64,000 nt of DNA from Candidatus Obscuribacteraceae bacterium (lineage in GTDB: Bacteria; Cyanobacteriota; Vampirovibrionia; Obscuribacterales; Obscuribacteraceae). The notes under the pieces were generated by a model. It was not told the origin of the DNA, searched no databases, and was given only the letters and a program-made list of their open reading frames with translations. Positions 9,571 through 20,047 of the stretch are shown in pieces. Numbering within the stretch: the first letter of the stretch is position 1; the number at the start of each line of letters is the position of its first letter. The position numbers and the translations under genes are program-made. The stretch is taken from the NCBI GenBank assembly GCA_044229845.1, contig JBGASG010000002.1, positions 544,001-608,000 of the forward strand, in the 5' to 3' direction.

Positions 9571-10830
9571 ATGAACATAGCTAATTCTCGCTCTGCACGC
9601 TCGTTCGGCAATCTGAAACCCTGGGCTGCCGGTGCCCTGGTAGCTCTTTTGGCGGTCTCGCCGGCGACGATCGCACCGCAGACCGCCGCTGCCAAGTCCA
9701 AGAGCGGGTCTTCCGGAAAGTCCGCCGGCGGCAAAGACGATCCCGGCTGCCGGGCTGCGGTCACCCAGGCAGCATCTTTGATAGCCCAGAAGAAAGACCA
9801 GGAAGCGGCCGCCTTGTTGCGCGAATGGGCCGGCAAATGCCCGCACGACTCCCAGCTCCATTTCATGCTGGCGACAGTGTTGCTGCACGTGCGCGCCGAC
9901 ATAAGCGAAGTAGAAGCAGCCTCGCGGCAGGCAGTGGCAGCCGATGAACACTCGATTCCCGCGCACATGCAACTGGCACTGATTCTGACCAACAACAATA
10001 AAGTCCGCGAAGCGGTGCAGCAATTGAAGACGGTGACCGAACTCGATCCAGCCAACTATGACGCCTGGCAAGCTCTGGCTGTGGGCTACAAAGCGCTGAA
10101 TGAAGACGATCTGGCGCTGCAAGCCAACACCACAGCGGCAGAGCTGGAGCCGAATGCTTTGCAAAACAGTATGTCGGTGATTCGAAATTTGCGTCAGTCC
10201 GGCAAAATGATGCAGGCGGCCACCGAGCTCAAAAAGATTTTGGCGCGCAAAAGCATCAGCGCCACCACCGTCCAAGAACTGGCCGCCGAGGGACTTCTGG
10301 TCGGCGACTATCCCGACACAGTGGAAGCATGCAAGCGCGTGCTGGCGAAGTTTCCCAAGTCGCTGCCCGCACTAAAGATGATGGCACTGGCCAATTATTG
10401 CGCGGGCGACTACAACGCCGCTCTGGAAAACGCCAACCAGATACTGGCACATGCCAAAGACAACTCCGACGCGCTGGCGATCAAGGGGCTGTCTTTGCTG
10501 AAACTGAATCAGACCACTGAAGCCGAAGAACCGCTTGTGCAGGCGCTCACCAAACAGCCCAATTCCAGCCTGGCGCTGCTCGGCAACGGCATGTATGCCG
10601 CCGCCAAAGGCAACACCGACTCCGGCGTCGAGCAATTGCTCATGGTGCTCGATTGCAACGCCAGCAGCGCGCAGAGCCAGGGGCTGCCCGAGCCGCTCGC
10701 CCATCTGGAACTGGCTTCTATATATGAGAAAACCGGAAAGAAAGCCCTCGCCGCCGACGAAGCTCGAGCGCTGGCGCAGGACGGGCGTTTCAACAAAGAA
10801 GCCCAGCAGCACGGCGCCACGATTAAATAA
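9571..10830 (+). CDS. Secreted TPR-repeat protein
   Basis: Signal-like hydrophobic stretch followed by degenerate TPR helices (ELDPANYDAWQALA, KQPNSSLALLG). The start could instead be GTG 9559. Confidence 0.8.
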   Translation: MNIANSRSARSFGNLKPWAAGALVALLAVSPATIAPQTAAAKSKSGSSGKSAGGKDDPGCRAAVTQAASLIAQKKDQEAAALLREWAGKCPHDSQLHFMLATVLLHVRADISEVEAASRQAVAADEHSIPAHMQLALILTNNNKVREAVQQLKTVTELDPANYDAWQALAVGYKALNEDDLALQANTTAAELEPNALQNSMSVIRNLRQSGKMMQAATELKKILARKSISATTVQELAAEGLLVGDYPDTVEACKRVLAKFPKSLPALKMMALANYCAGDYNAALENANQILAHAKDNSDALAIKGLSLLKLNQTTEAEEPLVQALTKQPNSSLALLGNGMYAAAKGNTDSGVEQLLMVLDCNASSAQSQGLPEPLAHLELASIYEKTGKKALAADEARALAQDGRFNKEAQQHGATIK

Positions 10831-10899
10831 TTGCGCATAAGAGCAAGGGGAACCTGCCACCCAATCAGCCGTCACCAGAGGCACGAGCAGTGGCAAATA

Positions 10900-11157
10900 A
10901 TGAAGTACTTTCCAGACAGAGTTTCCCATAACGATCTCCTGCGGGCGATGGCATTGCGGATTGTCGGGCGCGAGCAAAGGGAAACAGACTACGCTCTCGA
11001 ACTGATGAATTCGCTGGAAGCTCTCTCGCGTCGCGCGCAGTTGGAAGTTCTCGTTCAGGAAGAGACCGGACTGCCTGCTCAGGTCATTCAAAGCAAGTCG
11101 GTGCCCGAAATGATTGCGCTGCTGGAAGACTTCCACGGCGACAACCTGGCAGCCTGA
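10900..11157 (+). CDS. Small hypothetical protein
   Basis: MKYFPDRVSHNDLLRAMALR..., 85 aa and helical-looking; fills the gap between two co-oriented genes. Confidence 0.5.
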   Translation: MKYFPDRVSHNDLLRAMALRIVGREQRETDYALELMNSLEALSRRAQLEVLVQEETGLPAQVIQSKSVPEMIALLEDFHGDNLAA

Positions 11158-11205
11158 TGCAATCCGATTCACCTGACGTTCACCCCTGAACGGTACGCTC
11201 TAGTC

Positions 11206-12669
11206 ATGAGCAATGGCAAAACACTTGTTTGGTTCCGGCAAGACCTGCGCCTGTCCGACAACCCGGCTCTGCATGCGGCGGCACAGCGTGGCGCCGTGAT
11301 TCCGGTGTTTATCTGGGCACAGGCAGAGGAAGGCGCATGGAAACCGGGCGGGGCGACAAAGTGGTGGCTGCACCATTCGCTCGAGTCACTCGACACAGAG
11401 CTCGAAAAGCTGGACTCGCACCTGGTGGTGCGAACGCTGCCACCGCATTCACAAGAGCGCACCAGCGATCTGCTTGCGACACTGGTGCGGGAGACCGGGG
11501 CTGATGCGGTCTATTTCAATCGGCGCTATGAAGAGTCGGCTCGCAAACAAGAAGAAGAGGTTGTGGCGGCACTGGAAAAACTCGGCACCACCGTGCGCAG
11601 TTTTAACGGATCGTTGATACACGAGCCGTACGAAATTCTCAACAACTCGGGCGAGCCGTACAAGGTCTATACGGCCTACGCGAGAGCCTGCCTGCGTATC
11701 GCCGGCAAGCAGAAAATTGTGCCGACGGTTCGCAAACTTGATACACCGCCTAAAATGCCGAAGAGTGATTTACTGAATGCGCTGCATTTATTACCCAGCA
11801 TCAACTGGGACGAAGGCATCTCCGCAGCCTGGACACCGGGCGAAGCCGCCGCTTCCAAGCGCGCTCGCAAGTTTATTGCCAACTTGGTTTCAGCTTACAC
11901 AACAACGCGCAATCAACCGGCGGTTGATGGCGTTTCTCGCATGTCTCCCCACCTGCACTTCGGTGAGATGTCTCCTCGGGTGCTTTTCCATCTGGTGGAG
12001 TCGGCCCGCGACGATTTAGATAAAGAAGGACGCGAGAGCGTCGACAAGTTTCTTGGCGAGATTTTGTGGCGAGAGTTCGCGTACTACACGCTCTATCATC
12101 AACCGCATACCGCAGAGTCCTGCCTGCGTCAGGAGTTCAATCAGCTCGACTGGCGCAACGACAAAAAAGCACTTGAGTCGTGGCAACGCGGTCAAACCGG
12201 CGTTCCGATTGTCGATGCAGGCATGCGAGAGCTATGGACTACAGGGTGGATGCACAATCGCGTGCGCATGATCGCAGCATCGTTTCTCGTCAAAGATTTG
12301 CTGATTAGCTGGCAGAAGGGGGCGGCCTGGTTCTGGGACACTCTCGTCGATGCGGATCTCGCCAACAACACTATGGGCTGGCAATGGGTGGCCGGCTGCG
12401 GAGTAGATGCCGCACCATATTTCCGCATCATGAATCCGACTTTGCAGGGCAAGAAGTTCGATCCCGATGGAGTCTACGTGCGGCGCTGGATCCCCGAGCT
12501 CAAGGCGGTGCCTTCCCGGTTCATACATGAACCATGGCTGACACCGCCCCTGGTGCAACAACAAGCCGGCATCGAAATCGGAACAGATTATCCGACACCG
12601 ATCATCGATCACAGTGCGGCGCGACAGCGCGTTCTCACTCTCTACAAAGGATTGCGTGCAGCGAATTGA
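11206..12669 (+). CDS. phrB: Deoxyribodipyrimidine photolyase / cryptochrome family protein
   Basis: WFRQDLRLSDNPAL, SRMSPHLHFGE, WREF, GQTGVPIVDAGMRELWTTGWMHNRVRM, DADLANNTMGWQW and YFRIMNP motifs. Confidence 0.93.
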   Translation: MSNGKTLVWFRQDLRLSDNPALHAAAQRGAVIPVFIWAQAEEGAWKPGGATKWWLHHSLESLDTELEKLDSHLVVRTLPPHSQERTSDLLATLVRETGADAVYFNRRYEESARKQEEEVVAALEKLGTTVRSFNGSLIHEPYEILNNSGEPYKVYTAYARACLRIAGKQKIVPTVRKLDTPPKMPKSDLLNALHLLPSINWDEGISAAWTPGEAAASKRARKFIANLVSAYTTTRNQPAVDGVSRMSPHLHFGEMSPRVLFHLVESARDDLDKEGRESVDKFLGEILWREFAYYTLYHQPHTAESCLRQEFNQLDWRNDKKALESWQRGQTGVPIVDAGMRELWTTGWMHNRVRMIAASFLVKDLLISWQKGAAWFWDTLVDADLANNTMGWQWVAGCGVDAAPYFRIMNPTLQGKKFDPDGVYVRRWIPELKAVPSRFIHEPWLTPPLVQQQAGIEIGTDYPTPIIDHSAARQRVLTLYKGLRAAN

Positions 12670-12681
12670 ATTGGGCTTCGG

Positions 12682-13230
12682 TCAAGAAACGGCCGTCGGA
12701 GCCCCCGCGGACAACTTGCCGGTCAGCGAAACAACAGCATCGGCAAACTGCTGCAGACGTCCGTGAATCTCTTTCTGGATTTTTTCTCCAACAAAATCTG
12801 AACCTTCTGCGTAAACAAACCGCGGCAAGATCATGCTACGAAAATCCAACATCAGGCTATTTGCCAGACTGAGCACTGACATATAACTCGAGCGACCGCC
12901 GGCAGCGCAAAGGAATCCGACGAGTTTTTCCGACCACGCGGACCCCGTCAGTTCCACAAGATTTTTCAGCGCACCGCTGACGTTGTAGTTGTAGATCGGG
13001 GTGGCGACGATTATGCAATCTGCATTCTGAATCTTGCTCGTCATCGACACCACGTTGGCATGACCGTAGGCGGCACCGCCATCGCAAAACGGCAGCTCAA
13101 CGTCCTGCAGATCAACCAGCTCGACATCAGCATGCTCTTTCAACAAGTCGGCTACATGCAACGCCATCTTGCGGCTGTTGCTGCCTGGATTGAGACTGCT
13201 GCTGATCACCAAAATCTTGTTCTTCGTCAT
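12682..13230 (-). CDS. NADPH-dependent FMN reductase (flavodoxin-like fold)
   Basis: ISSSLNPGSNS and ATPIYNYNVSGALKNLVE motifs. Confidence 0.88.
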   Translation of the reverse strand: MTKNKILVISSSLNPGSNSRKMALHVADLLKEHADVELVDLQDVELPFCDGGAAYGHANVVSMTSKIQNADCIIVATPIYNYNVSGALKNLVELTGSAWSEKLVGFLCAAGGRSSYMSVLSLANSLMLDFRSMILPRFVYAEGSDFVGEKIQKEIHGRLQQFADAVVSLTGKLSAGAPTAVS

Positions 13231-13733
13231 TTCTTTTCTCCCTTGCTTGCCGTCTCGCGTTCGGTCGTTGCGGCCGCGGCTCCCGCGCCGTCTCCCCCAC
13301 CACCGTAAAGCGTCGCCAGCATTCGCTTTAACTGCTCGCGTTCGCTATCGCTGAGGAGGGCAAGAAACTTCTCTTCCGCCTTCTCCATACGACTGAGACC
13401 CTTTTTGAGAATCTCCTTGCCCGCAGCCGTAACCGTGAGAGCATGGCAACGCCGGTCCAACGGATCGACATTGCGCACGAGATACCCGCCTTCTTCCAGT
13501 GCATCGACAATCTGGACCACGGTGGTCCGGTCGAGTTTGAGCAGTTGTCCCGCCGCCTGCTGCGTCATGCAACCCCGCGTAACAATCAACTCCAAAATTC
13601 CGAGCTGTCGGGCTGAGATTCCTAGTGGCTCCAGAGCCTCTTCCGCTACCTCAGCACTGCGCCGGGCAGCTCCGCGGAGCAGGAAAGGAAGCCCGGAAGC
13701 GCCCTGGGGACTGGCTTTATCGAATTCACCCAT
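13227..13733 (-). CDS. MarR family transcriptional regulator
   Basis: LGISARQLGIL, LDRTTVVQIVDALEEGGYLVR..DPLDRR winged helix; GGGAGG RBS before ATG 13733; overlaps the FMN reductase by 4 nt. Confidence 0.9.
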   Translation of the reverse strand: MGEFDKASPQGASGLPFLLRGAARRSAEVAEEALEPLGISARQLGILELIVTRGCMTQQAAGQLLKLDRTTVVQIVDALEEGGYLVRNVDPLDRRCHALTVTAAGKEILKKGLSRMEKAEEKFLALLSDSEREQLKRMLATLYGGGGDGAGAAAATTERETASKGEKK

Positions 13734-13758
13734 GTCGGACCTCCCATCTGCGAAACAG

Positions 13759-13779
13759 ATTATCAGGTTTGCTGACGAT
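13759..13779. promoter_or_regulatory. Putative MarR operator (imperfect palindrome)
   Basis: attATCAG-gtttg-CTGAcgat with 6/8 arm complementarity, about 25-45 nt upstream of the marR start. Confidence 0.35.
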
Positions 13780-13917
13780 TTGCAACCCGGACTAATCTTT
13801 CTCAGCCACACGCCCCTGCGTGATACGTTGGGGTTATATACGTCAGGAGTCTGGGTACAGGTATAACGTCAGCAAAGTCCGAATCGCGCTTCGGGCTTAA
13901 GGGGATCCCTGGGTTTT

Positions 13918-16101
13918 ATGACTGCCGAAAATCTGCAACAGCAGGAAACAGAACTGGAGTTGTGCACGACGTGTAACACCTCCTATCCATCGGGCACGGG
14001 CATTTGCCAGGTCGACGGCACAGAGCTGATCTCCACCATGCGCGACCCGATGGTCGGCGTGGTCCTGCCGAAGAAGTATCGCATTGTCGGATTGCTTGGT
14101 CGCGGCGCCATGAGCGTCGTTTATCGCGGCGTCCACGAGCCGACCGGCCAGACGGTCGCCATCAAACTCCTCAAGTCTCACCTGGTGTCCGATACTGTGA
14201 GCGCTCGCCGTTTTCAGATGGAAGCGCAGACAGTCGGACAACTGCAGCACCCCAACATCGTCGACGTGCTCCACCATGGCGTCACCGAGCAGGGCGTGCC
14301 TTACCTGATCATGGAACTGGTGGCCGGCGACAGCCTCGCCGACATGCTGCGCATTGAAAACTCCATCTCCAGCAACCGCACCATCCGGATTTTTGCACAA
14401 GCCGCTTCAGCGCTGGCTTACGCTCACGATCGCGGGGTCATCCACCGCGATATCAAACCAAGCAACATCGTCGTCTGCAATACAGCCGATGAGCGGGACG
14501 TCGTCAAAATCGTCGACTTCGGTATCGCCAAGATGCAGGGCTATGGCATCACCAGCCAGAACCTGACCGCCACCGGCGAAGTCGTCGGCACGCCCATGTA
14601 CATGAGCCCAGAGCAGACCATGGGCAAAGACCTGGACGGACGCTCCGACATCTATTCGCTGGGATGCGTCATGTACGAGTGCGTCACAGGCACACCGCCT
14701 TTTGTCGGACAAAGCGCCGTCGACACGATGCACAAACAGATTTTGCAGGACGCGGTGCCGGTGGATACCGTGCGCCCCGACCTCTACATTCCGGAACGCT
14801 TGAAGAACGTCATCAACCTGGCGATGACCAAAGATGTTCGCTATCGCTATCAACACATGCGAGAGTTGCAAGCCGACCTCGAAGACGTAAACAAAGGCAC
14901 CATGGTCAATGCCGTCGTGCCCGAGATCAAAGACACGGGCGCCTGGAAGCGCCTGGTCAGCGGTAACATGCTCTACATCGGCATCGCCGCCGCCGTGGTG
15001 GTGATCGTTGGTATCGGCATTGGTGCCTTCATGCTGATGCCAAAGGTCGGTACCAGCACCGGCAGTGGTCAATCGCAATCTCCGGTGGCGAACGCCGGCG
15101 ACGCGAACAGCTGGCAAACCCACATGAACCGCGGACAAGATCTGTTGCGCCAGGGCAAGTACGAAGAAGCACAGAGCATCTTGCTGACGGCATCTCGCGA
15201 AGCGGAAGCCTTTCAACCGCAGCCCGATGCCCGCCTGGGCAACACACTCAACCAGTTAGCCACCGCGTATTATCTGCAAGACAACTATCAGGATGCCGCC
15301 AGCGAGTCTGAGCGCGCTCTCGATATCAACAAGAAAGTCAGCAAGGGCAAGGACAGTGCCGCAGTCGCCGAAAGTCTCAGCAACCTGGGGATGATCAAAT
15401 GCGCACAGGGCGATTTCGCCGGCGCCGAGAAGATGGGCAAAGAAGGGCTGCGCATGCGCGAAGCAGTGCTTGGTGCAAAACACCAGGACGTCGCGAACAG
15501 CTTGCAAGCTCTGGCTGAATTGGCTTGCAAGAAGAAAGACTTCAAAACCGCCGAATCGCTTCTGACCCGCGCGCTGGATATACGCAAACGCTCGCTCGGT
15601 GCACAGAACCCCGAAGTGGCCAACACGTTGTATAACCTGGGCATGGTGGCGCAAGCGCAAGGCAACCACCAGAAAGCCGAATCGCTCTATAAACAAGCCC
15701 TCAGCATTCAACAGATGCAATTGGGAGCGGAGCACATCAAAGTATCAGACACAATGGTGGCACTGGGCACCCTCAGTTATTACCGTCACAACAACAAGCA
15801 AGCGCGCACCATGCTGAACAACGCGCTCAACATCCGCGAGAAAGCGCTGGGAAGAAACAGCGCCAAAGTCGCGGAGATTCTCACTTGTGTCGCCATCATC
15901 GATGAAGATGAGAACAAACTGCAGGATGCAGAGAAACAGTACCGCGAAGCGCTGGAAATTCGCGAGAAACTCTGGGGCTCGAACAGCCCGAGACTGGTGA
16001 AGAGCCTCGACCACATGGCTCGCATCCTGCATAAGACGAATCAGGACAACGGCGCTGAATATTACATCGCCCAGGCAAAAGCGCTGCGCGCCGCCAAGTA
16101 G
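13918..16101 (+). CDS. Membrane Ser/Thr protein kinase with N-terminal Cys motif and C-terminal TPR repeats
   Basis: CTTC...C.VDG; GRGAMSVVY, VAIK, HRDIKPSN, DFG, GTPMYMSPEQ and DIYSLG Hanks motifs; one TM helix; ~42-aa TPR-like repeats. Confidence 0.95.
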   Translation: MTAENLQQQETELELCTTCNTSYPSGTGICQVDGTELISTMRDPMVGVVLPKKYRIVGLLGRGAMSVVYRGVHEPTGQTVAIKLLKSHLVSDTVSARRFQMEAQTVGQLQHPNIVDVLHHGVTEQGVPYLIMELVAGDSLADMLRIENSISSNRTIRIFAQAASALAYAHDRGVIHRDIKPSNIVVCNTADERDVVKIVDFGIAKMQGYGITSQNLTATGEVVGTPMYMSPEQTMGKDLDGRSDIYSLGCVMYECVTGTPPFVGQSAVDTMHKQILQDAVPVDTVRPDLYIPERLKNVINLAMTKDVRYRYQHMRELQADLEDVNKGTMVNAVVPEIKDTGAWKRLVSGNMLYIGIAAAVVVIVGIGIGAFMLMPKVGTSTGSGQSQSPVANAGDANSWQTHMNRGQDLLRQGKYEEAQSILLTASREAEAFQPQPDARLGNTLNQLATAYYLQDNYQDAASESERALDINKKVSKGKDSAAVAESLSNLGMIKCAQGDFAGAEKMGKEGLRMREAVLGAKHQDVANSLQALAELACKKKDFKTAESLLTRALDIRKRSLGAQNPEVANTLYNLGMVAQAQGNHQKAESLYKQALSIQQMQLGAEHIKVSDTMVALGTLSYYRHNNKQARTMLNNALNIREKALGRNSAKVAEILTCVAIIDEDENKLQDAEKQYREALEIREKLWGSNSPRLVKSLDHMARILHKTNQDNGAEYYIAQAKALRAAK

Positions 16102-16115
16102 TACCGAGAATTCTT

Positions 16116-16769
16116 TTGATTACCGATAATGCAAAAGTGATTAGCGTTTGCGTAGGCAAGCCTAAACTTGTTGTGTTCAATGGCACCACCGTCGAAACAG
16201 CAATCTTCAAGACACCGGTGACCGGCAAGGTTTCACTGAGAAAGCTCAACCTGGATGGCGACAAACAGGCAGATCTGATGGTGCACGGCGGCATTGATAA
16301 AGCGCTGTACTCCTATTCCTCAGAACATTATTCATGGTGGAAAGAGCAGCTCCCTGATGTTGAGTTTTCTCATGGCAAATTTGGGGAGAACCTGACGACA
16401 GAGGGTCTCTTAGAACAGGACGTTTGCATCGGCGACGAATTTCAGGTCGGCACCGGCGTCGTTAAAGTCAGCCAACCCAGACTGCCCTGTTTCAAGCTGG
16501 GAATGAAATTCGCACGCCCTGATGTCATCAAGATGTTCCAGCAAAGCGGTCGCAGCGGAATCTATTTTTCCGTTCTAGAAGAAGGAGAAATATCCGCAGG
16601 CGACTCGATCAAGTTCCTGCGCGGTGATGGTCTGGAAATTGGTGTGCAGGCAGTAGCGAATCTATTTAACAATCGCGACGCTGTGGATCCTGACTTCGTT
16701 GAGCGCGCGCTCGACTCCCAACTCGCCGAGCAGATGAAGACCTTCATCGCCAGTCGCCTCTCTCGTTGA
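16116..16769 (+). CDS. MOSC domain protein (YiiM-like)
   Basis: GDKQADL.VHGG.DKA, FGENLT, IGD...VG, VSQPRLPCFKL and G.Y..VLEEG motifs. Confidence 0.9.
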   Translation: MITDNAKVISVCVGKPKLVVFNGTTVETAIFKTPVTGKVSLRKLNLDGDKQADLMVHGGIDKALYSYSSEHYSWWKEQLPDVEFSHGKFGENLTTEGLLEQDVCIGDEFQVGTGVVKVSQPRLPCFKLGMKFARPDVIKMFQQSGRSGIYFSVLEEGEISAGDSIKFLRGDGLEIGVQAVANLFNNRDAVDPDFVERALDSQLAEQMKTFIASRLSR

Positions 16770-16885
16770 ATTGGATAAAGAGCTTTACGCTTTGCGTCTC
16801 ATGTGCCTCTGAGTAACGCGGAGAAGTGCAGCAATCTCAACGATTTTTTTGAAGCTAGCGGATTCGTAACCAGTGGTGCGGGCAA

Positions 16886-18022
16886 CTACTTCCGGTAAGG
16901 CTGCCTCGCCTTGGGTGTCGTTCCAGTTTCCTTTGGCTTGAGAGCCAACTGGACGTAGACCGGGTAGTGGTCGCTGCCGAGGTTTGGTAGCACCTGGTAG
17001 CTGGTGGCAATAAATTGATCGCTGGCGAGAACGTGATCTATAGGTAGGCGAAAACCTAGCAGGTAGGTCGGCCAGGTTGGTTGCAAGCCGAAGCCGAGGG
17101 CGGTGTTCTTCACCTTCGAACGCAAGGTCAGTTTGTGGAAGTAGTAAGACCACGGCGTGCAGTTGAGGTCTCCCACTAAGAGGAATGGATCTCGCACGGT
17201 CGTATCGCGTGCCGCATTGATGGCCGCGAATTCTTCGTTGCGCAGAGCAAAGTATTCTTCCGACATCGGCGTCAGTGGGTGGGCTGCAATTATCGAAACA
17301 GCCTCACCGCCGCAATCGACTTTGGTGAATATCGCCGGCACCGGAAAGTGATTAGTCTGGTTGTTGTTGTCTTTGCTCTCGATGATCTGCGGCTCTATCA
17401 GAGGTAGGCGAGAGTATATAGCGATGCCGAAGGTGTCCTGGCGCGGTCGCGCGATCTTGTGCGTATATCCAGCCGGTGCTAGCTTCTCCGTCATTGCTTT
17501 GTCCCATTCGAAGGTGACCTCATCAAGACAGACGATGTCCGGTTTCAGCTGAGTAATGAGATCTGCCACCGCCTGGTGCTTGGTGCTTGGCGCATAGACG
17601 TTGAGTTGCAGAACGCTGAGGCGCGGCAAATTGGCATCCGCCACGCCCGGCTTTGTCAGGTAGAAAGGCGCAATCTCACTGACGTTGCAGCCGGCACCAG
17701 CCAGACAGATGGCGATGACAATCCAGCGCCGCGTCGTGGTGGCAAGCACCAGATAGATCGCCTGGAAAACCAGATACTGAACCCGGAAGTGACTGAGGTT
17801 GTCGATCAGGAAGTTGATACCACCCATGAAGGACAAATAGGTGAACGCCACCGAGATCAACATCGGTATCGTCAGGGTGGCGACAAATCCATCACGCCAT
17901 TTTGCGAATCCGTCCATCCACTTAGCGCCGCGTCGCGCGCCGGCTTCGCCGGGCGTCGCCACGTCCTCTGCTGCGGGCGGAGGTCCATCGAGGTTCGAAT
18001 TGTCTGATCCGTCGGTCACCAT
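16886..18022 (-). CDS. Membrane-anchored endonuclease/exonuclease/phosphatase (EEP) family protein
   Basis: Three N-terminal TM helices; QLNV, PDIVCLDE, GDLN, IDH and SDHYPV catalytic motifs. Confidence 0.88.
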   Translation of the reverse strand: MVTDGSDNSNLDGPPPAAEDVATPGEAGARRGAKWMDGFAKWRDGFVATLTIPMLISVAFTYLSFMGGINFLIDNLSHFRVQYLVFQAIYLVLATTTRRWIVIAICLAGAGCNVSEIAPFYLTKPGVADANLPRLSVLQLNVYAPSTKHQAVADLITQLKPDIVCLDEVTFEWDKAMTEKLAPAGYTHKIARPRQDTFGIAIYSRLPLIEPQIIESKDNNNQTNHFPVPAIFTKVDCGGEAVSIIAAHPLTPMSEEYFALRNEEFAAINAARDTTVRDPFLLVGDLNCTPWSYYFHKLTLRSKVKNTALGFGLQPTWPTYLLGFRLPIDHVLASDQFIATSYQVLPNLGSDHYPVYVQLALKPKETGTTPKARQPYRK

Positions 18023-18035
18023 ATTCGATATGAGC

Positions 18036-19211
18036 CTATCGAGGTGTACTTGGAGTCTGCTCGGCTGTGCGCAATGATTCGATCACTGATGCGAGTACTT
18101 GCACGGCTTTCTGGCACTCCTCCATCGTATTGTAGCGCCCAACTGACATTCGTATGGAACCTGCCGCCTCGTCACGCGAGACGCCGGTCGCCATGACGAC
18201 ATGCGACGGCTCGATGATGCCCTTGTGACAGGCTGACGCGCTGGAGACCATAACGCCTTTGAGGTCCATCTGCATGACCAGAGCCTCGCCTTCCAGTTTC
18301 TTCACCACAAAACTGACATGCCCCGGCAGCCGCTGGTCTATTTCGCGCGGACCAGTGAAGCGCACGCCGGGGATATCTTTGATGGTGCGCAGCAACTGCG
18401 CCTGCAGTTGCACCAGGTGCACGCGCGTTTGCGGCAATTCTTTATGTGCGAGTTCCGCCGCTTTACCGATGGCGACAATAGATGGCACAGACTCGGTGCC
18501 CGGTACCAATCCGGACTCCTGTCCGCCGCCGAAAAACAGCGGTGACAGCTTGACGCCTTTACGCACATATAGGATGCCTATGCCTTTTGGTGCGTAAAAC
18601 TTGTGTCCCGACAGAGCCAGCGTATCCACAGGCGACTTGCGCACATCGATAGGCAGGCGTCCAGCTACCTGCACCGCGTCCGTGTGGAAGTGAACGCCGC
18701 GCTCGCGTGCCAGCTCCGCGTAACCTGTGATTTCCTGCAGCGACCCGATTTCGTTGTTCGCCCACATGATCGATGCGATGGCGGTCTCGTCGGACAAGGC
18801 CGCGCGGAACGCGCCTTTCTGGATCACACCTTCTTTGTCGACCGACAAGTACGTGACTCTCCAGCCGCGCCCCTCGAGAAACTTCGCCGGACCAAGGCAC
18901 GAGGGATGTTCGATGGCAGTTGTGATCAGGTGGCGCCGCTTATCGCCGGCCGCTTCCAGCGCGGCGGCAGCACCGAGGATGGAGGCGTTGTTGCTGTGGG
19001 TTCCGCACGGCGTGAACAGTATCTCTTCCGGCGTAGCGTTGAGGAGCGTCGCCACGTGAGCGCGCGCCTCATCCATTGCCTTGCGCGCCTGCCTGCCAAA
19101 GCGATGGATTGACGAGCCGTTGCCGCAGCTCTCGGCAAGAAACGGCAGCATCGCCTCGAGCACTTCGTCGCGCACGCGAGTGGTGGCACTGTTATCCAGA
19201 TAGATGGACAT
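18036..19211 (-). CDS. iscS: Cysteine desulfurase, IscS/NifS type
   Basis: YLDNSATT, EHPS, NNEIG, HTDAVQ, SGHKFYAPKG (PLP lysine) and SSASAC (catalytic Cys) motifs. Confidence 0.92.
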   Translation of the reverse strand: MSIYLDNSATTRVRDEVLEAMLPFLAESCGNGSSIHRFGRQARKAMDEARAHVATLLNATPEEILFTPCGTHSNNASILGAAAALEAAGDKRRHLITTAIEHPSCLGPAKFLEGRGWRVTYLSVDKEGVIQKGAFRAALSDETAIASIMWANNEIGSLQEITGYAELARERGVHFHTDAVQVAGRLPIDVRKSPVDTLALSGHKFYAPKGIGILYVRKGVKLSPLFFGGGQESGLVPGTESVPSIVAIGKAAELAHKELPQTRVHLVQLQAQLLRTIKDIPGVRFTGPREIDQRLPGHVSFVVKKLEGEALVMQMDLKGVMVSSASACHKGIIEPSHVVMATGVSRDEAAGSIRMSVGRYNTMEECQKAVQVLASVIESLRTAEQTPSTPR

Positions 19212-20014
19212 CACAGCGGAGCCTCCTCCGGCTCCGACGCTTCCACTTTCTTGGTGCGCTTTGACGCAGTTTTTGCAGCGGGCTTGGACCTGGTGGCAGG
19301 TTTCTCGCGTGCGGCTCTCTCGCGCTCTTGCTCTTCCGGCGACATCTCATCCACCGGAACCAGAAGATCCGGTCCGTCGTACGCCGGCGAATTGACGCGC
19401 GTCGAAACCGCATACATGGCGATCTCATCGTCTCTTCGCGGTTGCAGCAGGGACACTACTTCTTCGACTTTCATGTTCTTCGGATCGAGCCAATCACCCA
19501 TTTGCTCGCTGCGAAGAATAACCGGCATGCGATCGTGCACCGGTGCGATGGCGTGGTTGGCTGCGGTGGTGATGATGCTGCAACTGTGAATCACTTCGCC
19601 ATCGGGCGAGCGCCACTCATCCCACAGACCGGCAAAGCCGAAGACGGAACTGTCGCTCAGATGGATGAACATCGGCGTTTTGGTGGCGCCTTCTTTTTTC
19701 CACTCGTAAAAACCATCGGCGGGAATGATGCAGCGTTTGCGTGTAATGCAATTTTTCCAGTAGGGCTTATCGGCGATGGTTTCAGCGCGAGCATTGATCA
19801 TCGGTCGCGACTTGTTGACCTCTTTGGTCCAAAAAGGAATCAGCCCCCAGCGAAAACCATCGAGCACGCGCTCTCCTTCGCGTTCGAGCACCACCGGCAC
19901 TTTTTGCGTTGGAGAAACATTGCAGCGCGCCACAGCATCCGCTACAACTTTTTCGATGTCGAACGCCATCTCGATTTCTTCTTGACGGCGATTCAGCGTA
20001 TATCTTCCGCACAT
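19211..20014 (-). CDS. SOS response-associated peptidase (SRAP; YedK/HMCES family abasic-site protein)
   Basis: MCGRY N-terminus with catalytic Cys2, WGLIP.W, NARAET, GFYEW and HDRMPVIL motifs. Confidence 0.93.
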   Translation of the reverse strand: MCGRYTLNRRQEEIEMAFDIEKVVADAVARCNVSPTQKVPVVLEREGERVLDGFRWGLIPFWTKEVNKSRPMINARAETIADKPYWKNCITRKRCIIPADGFYEWKKEGATKTPMFIHLSDSSVFGFAGLWDEWRSPDGEVIHSCSIITTAANHAIAPVHDRMPVILRSEQMGDWLDPKNMKVEEVVSLLQPRRDDEIAMYAVSTRVNSPAYDGPDLLVPVDEMSPEEQERERAAREKPATRSKPAAKTASKRTKKVEASEPEEAPL

Positions 20015-20047
20015 AAACGTTCACCCCTCGTGACACATTTTCAAAAC

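Noticed and set aside
14407..15216. 269-aa antisense ORF within the kinase gene
   Set aside because: Shadow ORF opposite a clear Hanks kinase.
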